DNA from: Piedraia hortae CBS 480.64
Lineage: Eukaryota
Direction: 5' to 3'
Length of the DNA: 56,698 bases
Assembly: GCA_010093745.1 (NCBI GenBank)
Contig: MU005969.1
Coordinates: forward strand, 186,001 to 242,698
The notes below the pieces were generated by a model. The model searched no databases. It worked only from the letters and a program-made list of their open reading frames with translations, and was not told where the DNA came from. The translations under genes were made by a program, and so were the position numbers. Positions within the stretch are counted from its first letter, which is position 1. Each line of letters begins with the position of its first letter. Shown piece after piece: positions 1 through 9,706 of the stretch.

Positions 1-402
1 GATTGCGGCAGTGGCACAAGGCCGAAGTTGAACGCCGAAAAAAGCTTGCAAAGCAATAGGAGGTTACGTTCAAGAGCACCAGTGATGACAAGGCCAAAGC
101 AAAGATGTTACTGGCCACTTTGAAGCACGATGCGTTGAGGCTGTACACAATAGTGTTTGTCGTGCAACAAGCGAAGTCCTCGACACAGTACCAGCCCAGA
201 GAGGCGTTTACACGAATGACAGGCGCATGCCTGATGTATTGAGGAAGCAGCGCAACTCCTCCGCTCGGCAACGAAGGACCATGAGCTACATGCATAGGTG
301 GAGGCTCAAGTCTCTCATAATACCTTTGCAACATCCAAAGGCAAGGAAGTGAAGTCTCCTCAAGCGTAGACTAAAAAGAAAAGAGAGTGCATCTGTGGTA
401 AG

Positions 403-1230
403 ATGCCCCTATGGCAGTCCTTCTCGTATTTAGATAAGCTTCTCCACCCAGCAGGGCCCTCGGGCCTTGATGCTGTCATCGTTAGTCTTGTGCGAGAAAA
501 GTACCAAACAATGCCACAGGATAGGGTGGAAGGTGTCAAGAATAAGATGCGAGACAAACCTAGTCTAAGTGGACCCACGGTGGAGCGAGATGCGGAAAAA
601 CCTCAAACGTTCGTCGTGCTCTCAAGAGACTCTGGCCCGCTCATAAGTGACGAAGAGTTCGAAGCGAGTGTGATCCTCGATCAGGGGGCAGAAGTAAATA
701 TTGCTAACAGTATGAATCGCTTTGTTGGTACCCTTGAACCCGTCGATGAAGGTTCGATCATGATTTCGGAAAACCAGGGCGTTCTCGGTATCGGGTCCTC
801 AAAGATCAATCTAACTGTATCGAATGAGCAGTCGCTCGAAATAGCTTTACAAAACACGTTGTATGTTCCAGACATGCCAACGGACATCGTGTCGAAGCAC
901 TGCCTTGAGGTGAGGAACGTGTGGGAAGATCCAAACCAGCGTATTCTAAATTTGCAAAGAGGAGATATCCGCAAAAACATTCTTCAAGGTCAAGCTCACC
1001 TTGTTAACAGTAGCGAACCTAGCGGGTTGTTGGCAATTTCTGACAACAGCAACACCGGTGAAGCCTCAAACTGACTGGCACACCAGAATGGGCCACATAG
1101 GACGCGAAGCTCTTGCCCAGCTACAGGCATCGTAACAGGATGTTAAATTTGTCAAGCAAGCCCACAACGGACTGGGTGCAATCCATGTGTCGAATCAAAG
1201 ATGCACAAAATCGTCCGCAGAGATTCCAAG
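403..1230 (+). mobile_element. Degenerate Ty1/copia retrotransposon pol fragment (protease/beta-barrel region plus GAG-pre-integrase HHCC zinc motif)
   Basis: ORF 403-1074 has VILDQGAEVNI (copia ILDSGA-like) and LQNTLYVPDMPTDIVS (copia L.NVLYVP.L..NLIS-like). After a frameshift, 1076-1102 reads WHTRMGHIG, followed by an in-frame stop; after a second frameshift it reads CNPCVESKMHK (~1177-1209). Protease-then-integrase order is copia-type. Confidence 0.8.
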
Positions 1231-1683
1231 AGCCATGTACCAGGGGCCTTTGCTGTTACGGTATTCAGAGGAAAAGGTTCAATAAGTCCCAAAAACGAGG
1301 ACAATCCAAACTGCTATCTACTGGGAAGCTGGGATACTATAAACCAATCCAAACAAGTTCAAACATTTATAGGAAACAACTTGAACATTTTTCGATCACC
1401 CTCGCATGTTACCTCCATTGAGCAACCCAAACCGTCACGCTACATTCTCATCCAATCCCACAGTCCATACAAACTCGATCCCAGTGCAGTAAGTCTTCAA
1501 CCTGCTTCGAATTCTCAGTCGGCGCCATTAAGATATTCCCTTTCCTGCGTTTGCAGGCACGCAACACACCACAGCGATAGTAGTCTAGACCGAGTCAACA
1601 CATCTCCGTTCTAGTATTACAAGGTACAGAGAAATCAAATGGGTATCCCACCCAATTACACCCAACACCTATAATACAGCCTC

Positions 1684-2694
1684 TTAAACCTCATGCCTCT
1701 CAACAAGTTCATACCCCTGCCCTCTTCTCCACAATCCCGAAGATCTCTTCTTCTTCCTCCCGTCCGAACCAGCAAAACGCCTATATAGCGAGTACACACA
1801 CGCGCAGACGCAGGAAAATGCCACAAACCCCAGAATCGTAACAAGAAGCCAATGCCTCCCCAACTTATCATCAATTAGCACCAACTTAACCCTCGGAATG
1901 GGAATACTCACCCAAAAAATCACACCCACATCCCAAGAATGCCACGAATCACCTTTACTCCCCCAAAACCAACTCCACGTCTGGCCCGTATACTCGGTTG
2001 GAAAAAGCACCCACACCCTCCCATCCCCTTCATTCCGTCCCTCCATACTCCAGTGCCTCCACACCACACTCAAAAACAACGGCCCCGTCGACGCCATCAC
2101 AGTAATGTACGGCAGCACCCACGCCCTATCGTACGCCCCAATAATGCCCACCACGCGCTCAAAGAACGGATGATGCGGGACAGAGCCCATAACATCATTG
2201 CTTATCCCAGTCGGGATCGTTTTCCGCACGAAAGCGGGGTAGACGAGTAATGGGTCGAGGGGGCGGGCACATCCATCGTCGAGGTCGATGTATACGCCGC
2301 CGTGGTGCGCGAGCACGAAGTAGCGGATTGCGTCGGCGCGTTGGATCGCGTAGGGGTAATTGTCGAAGGTGGGGAGGAAGGTGGGGTAGTGGGTTGATAT
2401 GAAGGCGCGTGCGGTGGTGTCGGTCCAGAGGTTGTAGGTCCATCCTGGATGGAGGGCGATGCAGGAGTTTTGGGCGGCTTGCCAGACTGCTGGGATGGAG
2501 GTGTTTTTGTAGGTTTGGTGGAGGATTTTGGGGATGAGAAGGGGGGCGGTGGGGGGGGTGCGCGGGATGGAGTCTTGGATGCGGGTTACGAAGAGGAGGG
2601 TTATGAGCGCCCAGAGGTGGTTTATGATTAGGAGGAGGAGGAGCAGGAGGAGGAGGAGGAGGAGGAGGGGGGCGAGGAGGGTGGAGCGGCGCAT
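1684..2694 (-). CDS. SUR1: Mannosyl phosphorylinositol ceramide synthase (GT32, Sur1/Csh1 family)
   Basis: IPKILHQTYK, RADAIRYFVL, GGVYIDLDDGC (DxD) and YITVMASTGPLFLS motifs, with an N-terminal poly-Leu anchor. ATG at 2694; probable 48-nt intron 1911-1864 (GTGAGT...GCTAAT...AAG). Confidence 0.9.
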   Translation of the reverse strand: MRRSTLLAPLLLLLLLLLLLLLIINHLWALITLLFVTRIQDSIPRTPPTAPLLIPKILHQTYKNTSIPAVWQAAQNSCIALHPGWTYNLWTDTTARAFISTHYPTFLPTFDNYPYAIQRADAIRYFVLAHHGGVYIDLDDGCARPLDPLLVYPAFVRKTIPTGISNDVMGSVPHHPFFERVVGIIGAYDRAWVLPYITVMASTGPLFLSVVWRHWSMEGRNEGDGRVWVLFPTEYTGQTWSWFWGSKGDSWHSWDVGVIFWVSIPIPRVKLVLIDDKLGRHWLLVTILGFVAFSCVCACVYSLYRRFAGSDGRKKKRSSGLWRRGQGYELVERHEV

Positions 2695-2852
2695 GGTCAC
2701 GATGAGATGTGCGCGAGGAGGTGAGGTGGTGTGGCGCGTTAGCGTTGTGGCACAGGAGTTCCTGTGGCGTATATCCCTATATCTGTAGCTGTATCGATGT
2801 CATGTGTATGTACTACTACAATCCAACGTATATACTAGGTGCATTATCATCA

Positions 2853-4289
2853 TCAGATTTGGGCTGCTCGCGCAGGCTGGTCGAGGAAGGTTCGCACGTT
2901 TTGTGGCAGTAGTTTAAACGGCCACATGGCCTTTTCGTCCGAGAAGCCTCCTACAAAGGCTTGGATGATGAACGCCAGTACGAGGACAATAACGGCGAGG
3001 ATGGTGAGATAGCTCATGTCCAGCCACAGATCGGTATGCATGAGTACGTGTCGACTGGTCTTGTCTGATGCGTTTGATTGCACCAGAGGGAGTCGGTGTA
3101 TGACAACCGTCTGGCCGTAGCTGACCGAGGCAAGGCGGATGGAACTGTCCGACTGAGATTTGAATGGAGAGAAGCAAAGTTTCGTGATCTGCTGCTCGTG
3201 AACGTTCCGCAGCGTGGTGTAGTGCTTCAACGGCGAAAAGGTCTCAGTCCGTTCGTGGTAGTCGGTCACGAAAACGTCGATGCTAACGTCTTGACTGGAA
3301 ATGGCAATGACCACCTGCTGATTGCGAGACTTGTCAGAGTCAAGGGAGCAAACGTCCATGCAGTAGGCTTGCTTGATGCGTGATGGAAGCGCTTTTTCAG
3401 ACAACAATGCAGCCGGACCAGTAGGATAGAGATGGATTATTCGCAGCTCAGCTCCAGTCCTGTTCGGTCTATTGCCTAATATCAGAATGTTCTGCGAGTT
3501 CAGAAACCGAACCGCCCGGAAACGAGACTGGGACAATGTCCTTTCTGTGACGGGCGCTTGGTAAACTCGCCTAGGGCCCTTGGGCAACTTCTCGACTCGC
3601 TTGGTGTCAAAGTGGTATTTGTACGTCTGCTCGCAAATGTCTTTGGACGTGCAGTATGTCAGGCTGAAGACTGTGGATTCTGTCTGGATCAGGTCAAGGT
3701 CTACAGCCTCTTCATTCCTTGCCAAGCTGATGCGTGTAATGACCGATGGGCTCCCACGGGGGTCAAACACAACCACTTCGTTTTGACTTGACATGCTGCT
3801 TGCAATTGCGCCGATAGACAACGAATGTCGTAGTCTCTCCTGTGGAAAGCGAATCAGTCTCTGAAAAGCCTCCTTTTTCGAAGCAGACGAGGGATTGAAC
3901 AGGGAGCATTTCCCAGTCATTTTGGCTCCAGCCTCAGTCTTCTTTTCCTCGTGCAACGGTAACTGGACCTCGAAGCTGCGCAAGTGCTCGTTCCGACCAG
4001 CATTCTGTTCGCTTTGAGAAGAATTGATTCCGGCAAATAATAGCAGCCCTTCATCCGTTGCCAGTCCAGCTAGCGATTGAACAGAGTCTTCCTCCCTTGA
4101 CAGTTCGATATCGGCAACATTTTGGCACGTGTTCGCATCCAGTACGGCAATCTGGTTCTTGACTCCGGCCTTGACTTCCCCTCCGCCGCCTCCAACGACC
4201 AGAAATCCTCGAGACTCGGGGTCAAAATCGGCAGAGTAGATTGGAAATGACAGTCTTGTCTTCGCCGTCGACGCTTTTCGCGAGTACAT
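2853..4289 (-). CDS. SEC12: Sec12/PREB-like guanine nucleotide exchange factor for Sar1 (beta-propeller plus C-terminal TM helix)
   Basis: N-terminal LSFPIYSADFD...LVVGGGGG..KAGVKNQI motif, a VHEQQITKLCF WD-like repeat and a single C-terminal TM segment. First ATG at 4289 (478 aa). Confidence 0.8.
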   Translation of the reverse strand: MYSRKASTAKTRLSFPIYSADFDPESRGFLVVGGGGGEVKAGVKNQIAVLDANTCQNVADIELSREEDSVQSLAGLATDEGLLLFAGINSSQSEQNAGRNEHLRSFEVQLPLHEEKKTEAGAKMTGKCSLFNPSSASKKEAFQRLIRFPQERLRHSLSIGAIASSMSSQNEVVVFDPRGSPSVITRISLARNEEAVDLDLIQTESTVFSLTYCTSKDICEQTYKYHFDTKRVEKLPKGPRRVYQAPVTERTLSQSRFRAVRFLNSQNILILGNRPNRTGAELRIIHLYPTGPAALLSEKALPSRIKQAYCMDVCSLDSDKSRNQQVVIAISSQDVSIDVFVTDYHERTETFSPLKHYTTLRNVHEQQITKLCFSPFKSQSDSSIRLASVSYGQTVVIHRLPLVQSNASDKTSRHVLMHTDLWLDMSYLTILAVIVLVLAFIIQAFVGGFSDEKAMWPFKLLPQNVRTFLDQPARAAQI

Positions 4290-4439
4290 CGTTCTCTTGG
4301 ACCGTCGTCGCAATGACGATGATCCAACGATGGCCGTTCGTTGTTCGGCATTGCAGCCAATCAGATCGATGCGGGACTTGCCGCTGCGGGACTGTCCGGG
4401 TCCACCACAATTTTTCAAAACCCCTGAGACATCACAGCC

Positions 4440-5255
4440 ATGGCATTAGCAGCACCCACGAATGGCTTAAGCGATGAGGAGATTCGGCAAATCTTCCAGG
4501 ACGTCCAAAGGTCCGGCTGGCTTCCAAAGCTGGAAACGAAATCGCTCCCGAAGCCGTACATTTCGTTTGGCAAGGGAGGCGTCTCCAAGCTGGACAGACG
4601 ACGCATGCACCAGGAACGCACAGCGCCGCAGATGCGACAAATGGAGCGAGTCAAAGTCGAGGATCCTATTGTCGTCAAAAAGAGAGCTGCTCAGGTAAGT
4701 CCAGAAACTGCACAAACCCAGGCTGTGATGAAGACTATACGCATCTTCGTTGAGCAGCTGTAGGCGCCGTACTGGCTGTCCTTGCTGTTTCGTGAGACCC
4801 CTTTTATCATAGTTACTCTGAGCCCTAACCAAATCTTGTGCTGCATACTTCTGGGAAGGTCGCTAACCATATGATAGGAAAAGGAAGCGACGGCAGGTCC
4901 AGATTGGCACAATATGCCGCGCACGGTCGACACTCCCCAGCTAAAGCGGGATTGGCAGTTGATCAAGATGCGTGATGTATTAGATCCCAAGCGTCATTAC
5001 AAAAAAGACGGCAAAAAGGATCTGCCAGAGTACAGTCAGGTCGGCACAGTCATCGAAGGCCCGGCCGACTTCTTCTCTGGGCGAATAGAGACGAAGAAGA
5101 GGAAGAGGACGTTCGTGGAAGAGGTTCTGGCCGGTGAGCATGAGACGGGCCGCTTCAAGCGGAAATACAACGAGCTTCAGCAGAAGAAGTCGAGCGGGAA
5201 GAAGGCGTACTACAAGGCGCTCAAGGCGAAGAGGAGCGGCGGGATCAGGAAGTGA
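4440..5255 (+). CDS. FCF2: rRNA-processing protein Fcf2 (2 exons: 4440-4694, 4878-5255)
   Basis: TAGPDWHNMP...LKRDWQLIKMRDVLDPKRHYKK...QVGTVIEGPADFFSGRI is the Fcf2 domain. Intron 4695-4877 (GTAAGT...GCTAAC...TAG) joins the two ORFs in frame. Confidence 0.92.
4721..4824 (+). ncRNA. Intronic box C/D snoRNA, snR63/SNORD46(U46)-like, predicted guide for LSU rRNA Am (yeast A2256 equivalent)
   Basis: Box C GTGATGA at 4725-4731, box D CTGA at 4818-4821 and terminal stem GGC/GCC. The guide TCATAGTTACT before box D is complementary to the conserved LSU sequence AGUAACUAUGA; the D+5 rule points to the second A of GUAAC. Confidence 0.88.
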
Positions 5256-5345
5256 TGAACTAATGAATGGAATGACTGCATGAAGAACGATTGCCCGCTG
5301 TCGATGCCTCTTATCTTACATTGCCACGGGTACCCGTACAGCCCA

Positions 5346-6405
5346 TCACAGCTCCGACACAAGCCTCAGCACCAGATCCTGCATGTCCAAGGCGGCCAGA
5401 CGACCAGCCTCGAGCACTTCTTCATGATCGGCCCGTCCTTGTCTCAGGAAGGTGTCCAGTTCAGCCGGGGAAAGGCCCTTGAGCTTCGGATCGTCAGCGC
5501 GTTGAGTCGGCTCCTGGTTGGCAATGTTTGTAACGAGACTAAAGGCCAGGACCCTCATTCCTCCATGTCTCGCCACGATTATCTCAGGTACGGTGGACAT
5601 GCCCACCACGTCTGCGCCCAGCGTCCTCAACATGCGACATTCGGCTCTCGTCTCGTACGTAGGTCCAGCAGCAAAGGCATACACGCCCTCATGCAAGCGT
5701 CGGTTGCTCGGCTTCTCGCTGCGCAGTCGATTCCAAACGTCGTGGGCGAGCATGCGGAGTGAAAGGTCATAAGCATCGCTCAGCGGAGGGAATCTTGGGC
5801 CCAGTTCATCGTCATTAGGCCCGCGTAGAGGATGGAACCCGGCCAAGCCAGCGAGGTTGATGTGGTCGTTTAAGAGCACAATATCACCAACCGAATACGA
5901 AGGATCCAACCCTCCTGCCGCGTTGGTGAGGACAAGAGTCTTCACCCCGATGGCGCAACAGATGCGCGTGGCAAAGGTGATAACTGCGAGGTCGTGGCCT
6001 TCGTAGAAACTGGGACATTGGGCATTAGAAATCAGTTGATAATGGTTAAGAGCTACATACTGTACGCGACCAACAAACAGGACAACTGGGACTTTTTGCG
6101 TGCCCATGGTTCCGAACAAGAGCTTTCCCTGATGTCCAGAGACTGGATTCGTAGTTAGTTTTGTCCGTTCTTAAAGCAGTGAGATGTATACCGCTAGATA
6201 CGGGAAAGTTGGGGATAGAACTATATGGCCAGGATTGTCCCTCGGGCTCCATATCCAGGACATCTGCGAGGCCGCCCAGTCCCGAGCCGCAGACTACAGC
6301 AACACGGGGCCGGGCGAGTCGTTCGGGGAGATGGGAGCGTAGGAAATCGACCGTTTCTTGCACTTTGTAGGCTTGAACATTGCTTTCCTGGTGGGCATCG
6401 TCCAT
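5346..6405 (-). CDS. PNP1: Purine nucleoside phosphorylase (3 exons: 6405-6192, 6142-6061, 6009-5346)
   Basis: VVCGSGLGGL, IPNFPVS, GRVHFYEGH (after splicing), LTNAAGG, GPTYET and DVVGMSTVPE motifs. Introns 6191-6143 (49 nt) and 6060-6010 (51 nt) have GT/AG ends and CTAAC/CTAAT branch sites. Confidence 0.95.
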
Positions 6406-6577
6406 TGCGTGGGATAAATGGGAGAAGGAATGGTACAGGCTGGTCAGGTGGTGGAGTATTTCCAGCATTGTGACAGTGACTGAATGGTCGTGTCACGTTC
6501 AACAGCCAATCAGTGACGACACCTTCTCAAAGCGGCTAGCGGCAGGCCTACCTCGCACCAGACACTCGAACGCGACA

Positions 6578-7291
6578 ATGGCCACCCTGGTGCGGTCGCT
6601 GGGCTGCTTAACCAGACACAGCCTCCCAAAAACCACCAGCATTACTCTGGCCCCCCGCCGATGGCAGAGCACAACCCCCTCACCCTCCGAGATCCGCCTC
6701 CCCCGCGCCATCCAAGCAACCTATCTCGACCCCCTCCGCCGCCGTCCTGAAGGCTACCACACCCTCCCCGTAACCTGCGACCTCCAAATCCGCTCCTACA
6801 GCGTGCGCAATCTAGAAGTCTACTCCGACTTTGCCATGCGGGCGGCCTATTACCTCAACCTCGTCGCCATCGGACCCCTACCCCTTCCCAAACTCCGCAC
6901 CCTCACAACCGTAATCCGCGGTCCATTCGTCCACAAAAAAAGCCAAGAGAATTTTGAGCGTATAACTCGTCGACGACGGATAGAAATACGCGGCGGTCAT
7001 CCAGATGCGGTAGCTGCTTGGTTGGCATTTGTTAAGAAGCACAGGTACTACGGCATCGGGATGAAAGCAAATGTGTTCGAGTACAGCGGGTTGGACGTAG
7101 GAAAAGATATGGATGCTGAATCCGTGAGGATCAGCGAGCGTCTAGGTGATGAGTTCGACCTCGTGGGAGGGAAGATGTCAGATGAAGAGATGGAGAGGCA
7201 GCTCAAACAGCATATGCAGAATGCCCAGGCGGGGAAGTATGGTGCCATGAGCGAGCTGTCGAACCGGATCGAGAAATATGTTGTACAGTAG
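6578..7291 (+). CDS. RSM10: Mitochondrial ribosomal protein S10 (uS10m)
   Basis: CDLQIRSYSVRNLE...AAYYLNL..GPLPLP...TVIRGPFVHKKSQENFERIT S10 signature, with an Arg/Ser/Thr-rich presequence starting at ATG 6578. Confidence 0.92.
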   Translation: MATLVRSLGCLTRHSLPKTTSITLAPRRWQSTTPSPSEIRLPRAIQATYLDPLRRRPEGYHTLPVTCDLQIRSYSVRNLEVYSDFAMRAAYYLNLVAIGPLPLPKLRTLTTVIRGPFVHKKSQENFERITRRRRIEIRGGHPDAVAAWLAFVKKHRYYGIGMKANVFEYSGLDVGKDMDAESVRISERLGDEFDLVGGKMSDEEMERQLKQHMQNAQAGKYGAMSELSNRIEKYVVQ

Positions 7292-7443
7292 AATAGCGAT
7301 CACTTTCCTCCCCCTATATTCCCCCCACATCCTCCCCCTTTTCGTCCGCGAGCGATTCTTACCCCTGCCTTCATCCCGTGCCCACACATTTCACAGAGGA
7401 GTATCGCAGAAAATCCACCTATCTCAAATTAAAAAGTGGTAGG

Positions 7444-7820
7444 TTATCTCTTCTTCTTTCCCCCCTTCGCCCTCGATTCTACACCTCATTAGCCTCCCCA
7501 CCCCCAATCATCACTGATAGATACTCACCAGCCCCACTCCTCTTCTTCCGCGGATTCCCCTTCCCCCTCTTCTTCCGCGCCTCTAAATCCTCTAATCTCG
7601 TCTCCTCTTTCTCATCATACAAATCATAATTAGGATACAGCCCTTTCAACTCCCTAAAAGTCGCCACGCGGCGGGGGTAATACGCTGAGAGTAACGCCCC
7701 GCGAAGCGGCTGCTTTAGAATCTTATTGCCCAAGCGGAGGGCGGAAGGGTTGAAGATTGTGTTGAAGACTTTGCTTTGAATCTGCTGGAGAGTAAGGATT
7801 AGGGGGCGAGGGACGGACAT
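7444..7820 (-). CDS. RSM27: Mitochondrial ribosomal protein S27/mS33 (exons 7820-7529, 7478-7444)
   Basis: VFNTIFNPSALRLGNKILKQPLRG...YYP...RKKRGKGNPRKK. The 50-nt intron 7528-7479 (GTGAGT...GCTAAT...TAG) gives the C-terminus ESRAKGGKKKR*. Confidence 0.88.
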
Positions 7821-7876
7821 GTCTGACTGGATATCTTTCACCTAAAGGTGAGGTCGCCCAGCTTACGGGTTTGAAA

Positions 7877-8097
7877 TTAGGGTTAGGATGACTTAAAGGT
7901 AGGGTTAGCATTGGATTGACCTCTGAGTTCCGCGTAAATTCTCCCGCACATGTTGCGAGCAGGCCACGACCATTGTGGGCTTACAGTTGATTTCGTGACT
8001 TTCAGTGGCGCAGGAGCGGAAGAGGGAGGGCGATTACCAGGGCGGCGAGAAGAGGCAGTCGAGCGTGAGGTGGCCCAACCACGGGTTAGGGTTAGAA
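7877..8097. promoter_or_regulatory. Clustered TTAGGG motifs in the divergent RSM27 / RNase III promoter (possible Tbf1-type sites)
   Basis: TTAGGGTTAGG at ~7877, TAGGGTTAG at ~7900 and GGGTTAGGGTTAG at ~8083 lie within a 350-bp divergent intergenic region. Confidence 0.45.
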
Positions 8098-8169
8098 TTG
8101 GGGTAGTCCGTGGGGAGGGTTTCGCACAAAATTCTTCCGCTCTCCCCACAGGCTTTTTTTTCGTGGGAG

Positions 8170-9282
8170 ATGGCGCAGAAGCGGAAGAGAGATAGTGATA
8201 ACCCCCACGACGGTAGCGATGCAAATCGGGGGGCGAAATCAATGGGTCGCGTGCCGCCTTACCGCCCTCTCAACACACAGGGTGGCTTCCCCCCCGTGAA
8301 ATATTTCCCGCCAGAACTTCCTACTATTCAAGATCCAGACCTGGCCGTCCTTCCGTTTCGTCATAAGAGTCTCACACAAGACTATAACCGCTCCATCCCA
8401 ACGGGTCAAACCTACGATGATCTTGAGTTCCTTGGTGACGCGCAGATTGAACTTATGGCTTCACGACTGCTAGTCGCGCGCTACCCGAATGTGCTTGCGG
8501 GACACAAATCCCAGCTGAGAGAATTACTCGTCAAGAACGAAACACTTGCCGAATTTGCGAAGATGTATAACTTCGATTCTCGCATTCCTGCTCTTAATCA
8601 AGGCAAGGCATTTGCCGGGGTTTCGAAGGGTGGTAAAGGGAATAAGGGCTTTTTAAAGGTGATGGCGGACATGTTCGAAGCGTATGTCGCCGCCGTGGTG
8701 CTTGATGGGGGGGATGAGGGGTTTGAGATTGCGGAAAGGTGGCTTACGGAGTTGTGGGGGAGAAAGTTGTGTCGGGTTATGGGGGACTATCCGGGCCTTA
8801 CTCCGGTGGGGAGGGATAACTGCTCTGCTGCGGTGGAGCATACCTTTTCCGCTGCGGTTGGGGAAGATTCGTGCCCTGCTGCGGTGGAGCATACCAACCC
8901 TACTGCGCTGAGTGATCATCCCTGCAGTAATGACAGTCCCCTAAGGACATTTGATCATAAAGCAAAGCAGACTCTGCAGCGTCGAATCCTCTCTGGACCT
9001 GGCGTGAGGCTGGTTTACAAACCTTATAAACCAGCTGAGGAACTCAAGGGGGACAGAATCGGACAGAATCGCCATTTCATTGGGGTTTATTTGACGGGGT
9101 TTGGTTATACTGATTTTGAGCTGGGGAGAGGGGAGGGAAGGAATAAAACCGAGGCGGGGTGTTGGGCTGCCATCAGAGCGATGTGGGGGGAACATAAACA
9201 TGTTGTGGATGCATGTGCGGCAAAGGTTGAGGGGTATAGGGAACGGTTGAGGAGGGAGAGGGAGGGTGACGGGACAGGATAA
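8170..9282 (+). CDS. Ribonuclease III (Rnt1/Pac1-like; RNase III domain plus degenerate dsRBD)
   Basis: YDDLEFLGDA and ADMFEAYVAAV carry the four acidic catalytic residues; LVKNETLAEFA is present; the C-terminal AKQTLQ...LGRGEGRNKTEAG..AA is dsRBD-like. Confidence 0.9.
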   Translation: MAQKRKRDSDNPHDGSDANRGAKSMGRVPPYRPLNTQGGFPPVKYFPPELPTIQDPDLAVLPFRHKSLTQDYNRSIPTGQTYDDLEFLGDAQIELMASRLLVARYPNVLAGHKSQLRELLVKNETLAEFAKMYNFDSRIPALNQGKAFAGVSKGGKGNKGFLKVMADMFEAYVAAVVLDGGDEGFEIAERWLTELWGRKLCRVMGDYPGLTPVGRDNCSAAVEHTFSAAVGEDSCPAAVEHTNPTALSDHPCSNDSPLRTFDHKAKQTLQRRILSGPGVRLVYKPYKPAEELKGDRIGQNRHFIGVYLTGFGYTDFELGRGEGRNKTEAGCWAAIRAMWGEHKHVVDACAAKVEGYRERLRREREGDGTG

Positions 9283-9354
9283 GAAAGAGTAAGTGACCGT
9301 TTCGATGTTTTCTTTACCTTTTTTTTTTTTTTTGTTTTTGTGTTTGGGAATACC

Positions 9355-9489
9355 CGCCCTCGTATATCTGCCCGGTCTGTATTTCTATTGCGGACGCGGT
9401 TCCTGGAAACGAGGGAGATTAATCAGAGTCATGTTGAGAAAATCGTTGCTTCGGCTGTGGGGCGATGGTGGTTTTTGGCTCTGACATAC
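9355..9489 (+). ncRNA. Box H/ACA snoRNA copy 1 (snR43/SNORA9-like; predicted LSU pseudouridylation guide)
   Basis: Hairpin 1 CCCTCGT(9357)/ACGAGGG(9409), H box AGATTA 9416-9421, hairpin 2 AGAGTCA/TGGCTCT, ACA 9484-9486. Pocket 1 (CTGC + TCCTG) fits LSU CAGGA-U-A-GCAG (yeast Psi966). Pocket 2 (TTGAGAA + GGTT, 14 nt from ACA) fits LSU RACC-U-A-UUCUCAA. Confidence 0.8.
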
Positions 9490-9605
9490 ATACATTTGTA
9501 GGTGGGTGTTTCCTTCGAATAAATGAATCTCCTCATCGATCAGTCTCTCAGGGAGATGTAAGGCTGACGGGACAGGAAATGGGTAAGTGACCGTTTCGAT
9601 GTCTT

Positions 9606-9650
9606 TTTTCTTTTCTTTTCTTTTCTTTTCTTTTCTTTTCTTTTCTTTTC

Positions 9651-9682
<32 letters not shown>
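9606..9682. repeat. (TTTTC)13 microsatellite plus poly-T
   Basis: Directly visible; it corresponds to the T-rich tract of the first copy of the duplicated unit. Confidence 0.95.
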
Positions 9683-9706
9683 GGTATTTCTCTCTCATTG
9701 CTGATC

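Noticed and set aside
8083..8097. CTAACCCTAACCC (minus strand) as a telomerase RNA template
   Set aside because: It lies in a 350-bp divergent promoter with no room for a 1.5-2 kb RNA; better explained as protein-binding sites.
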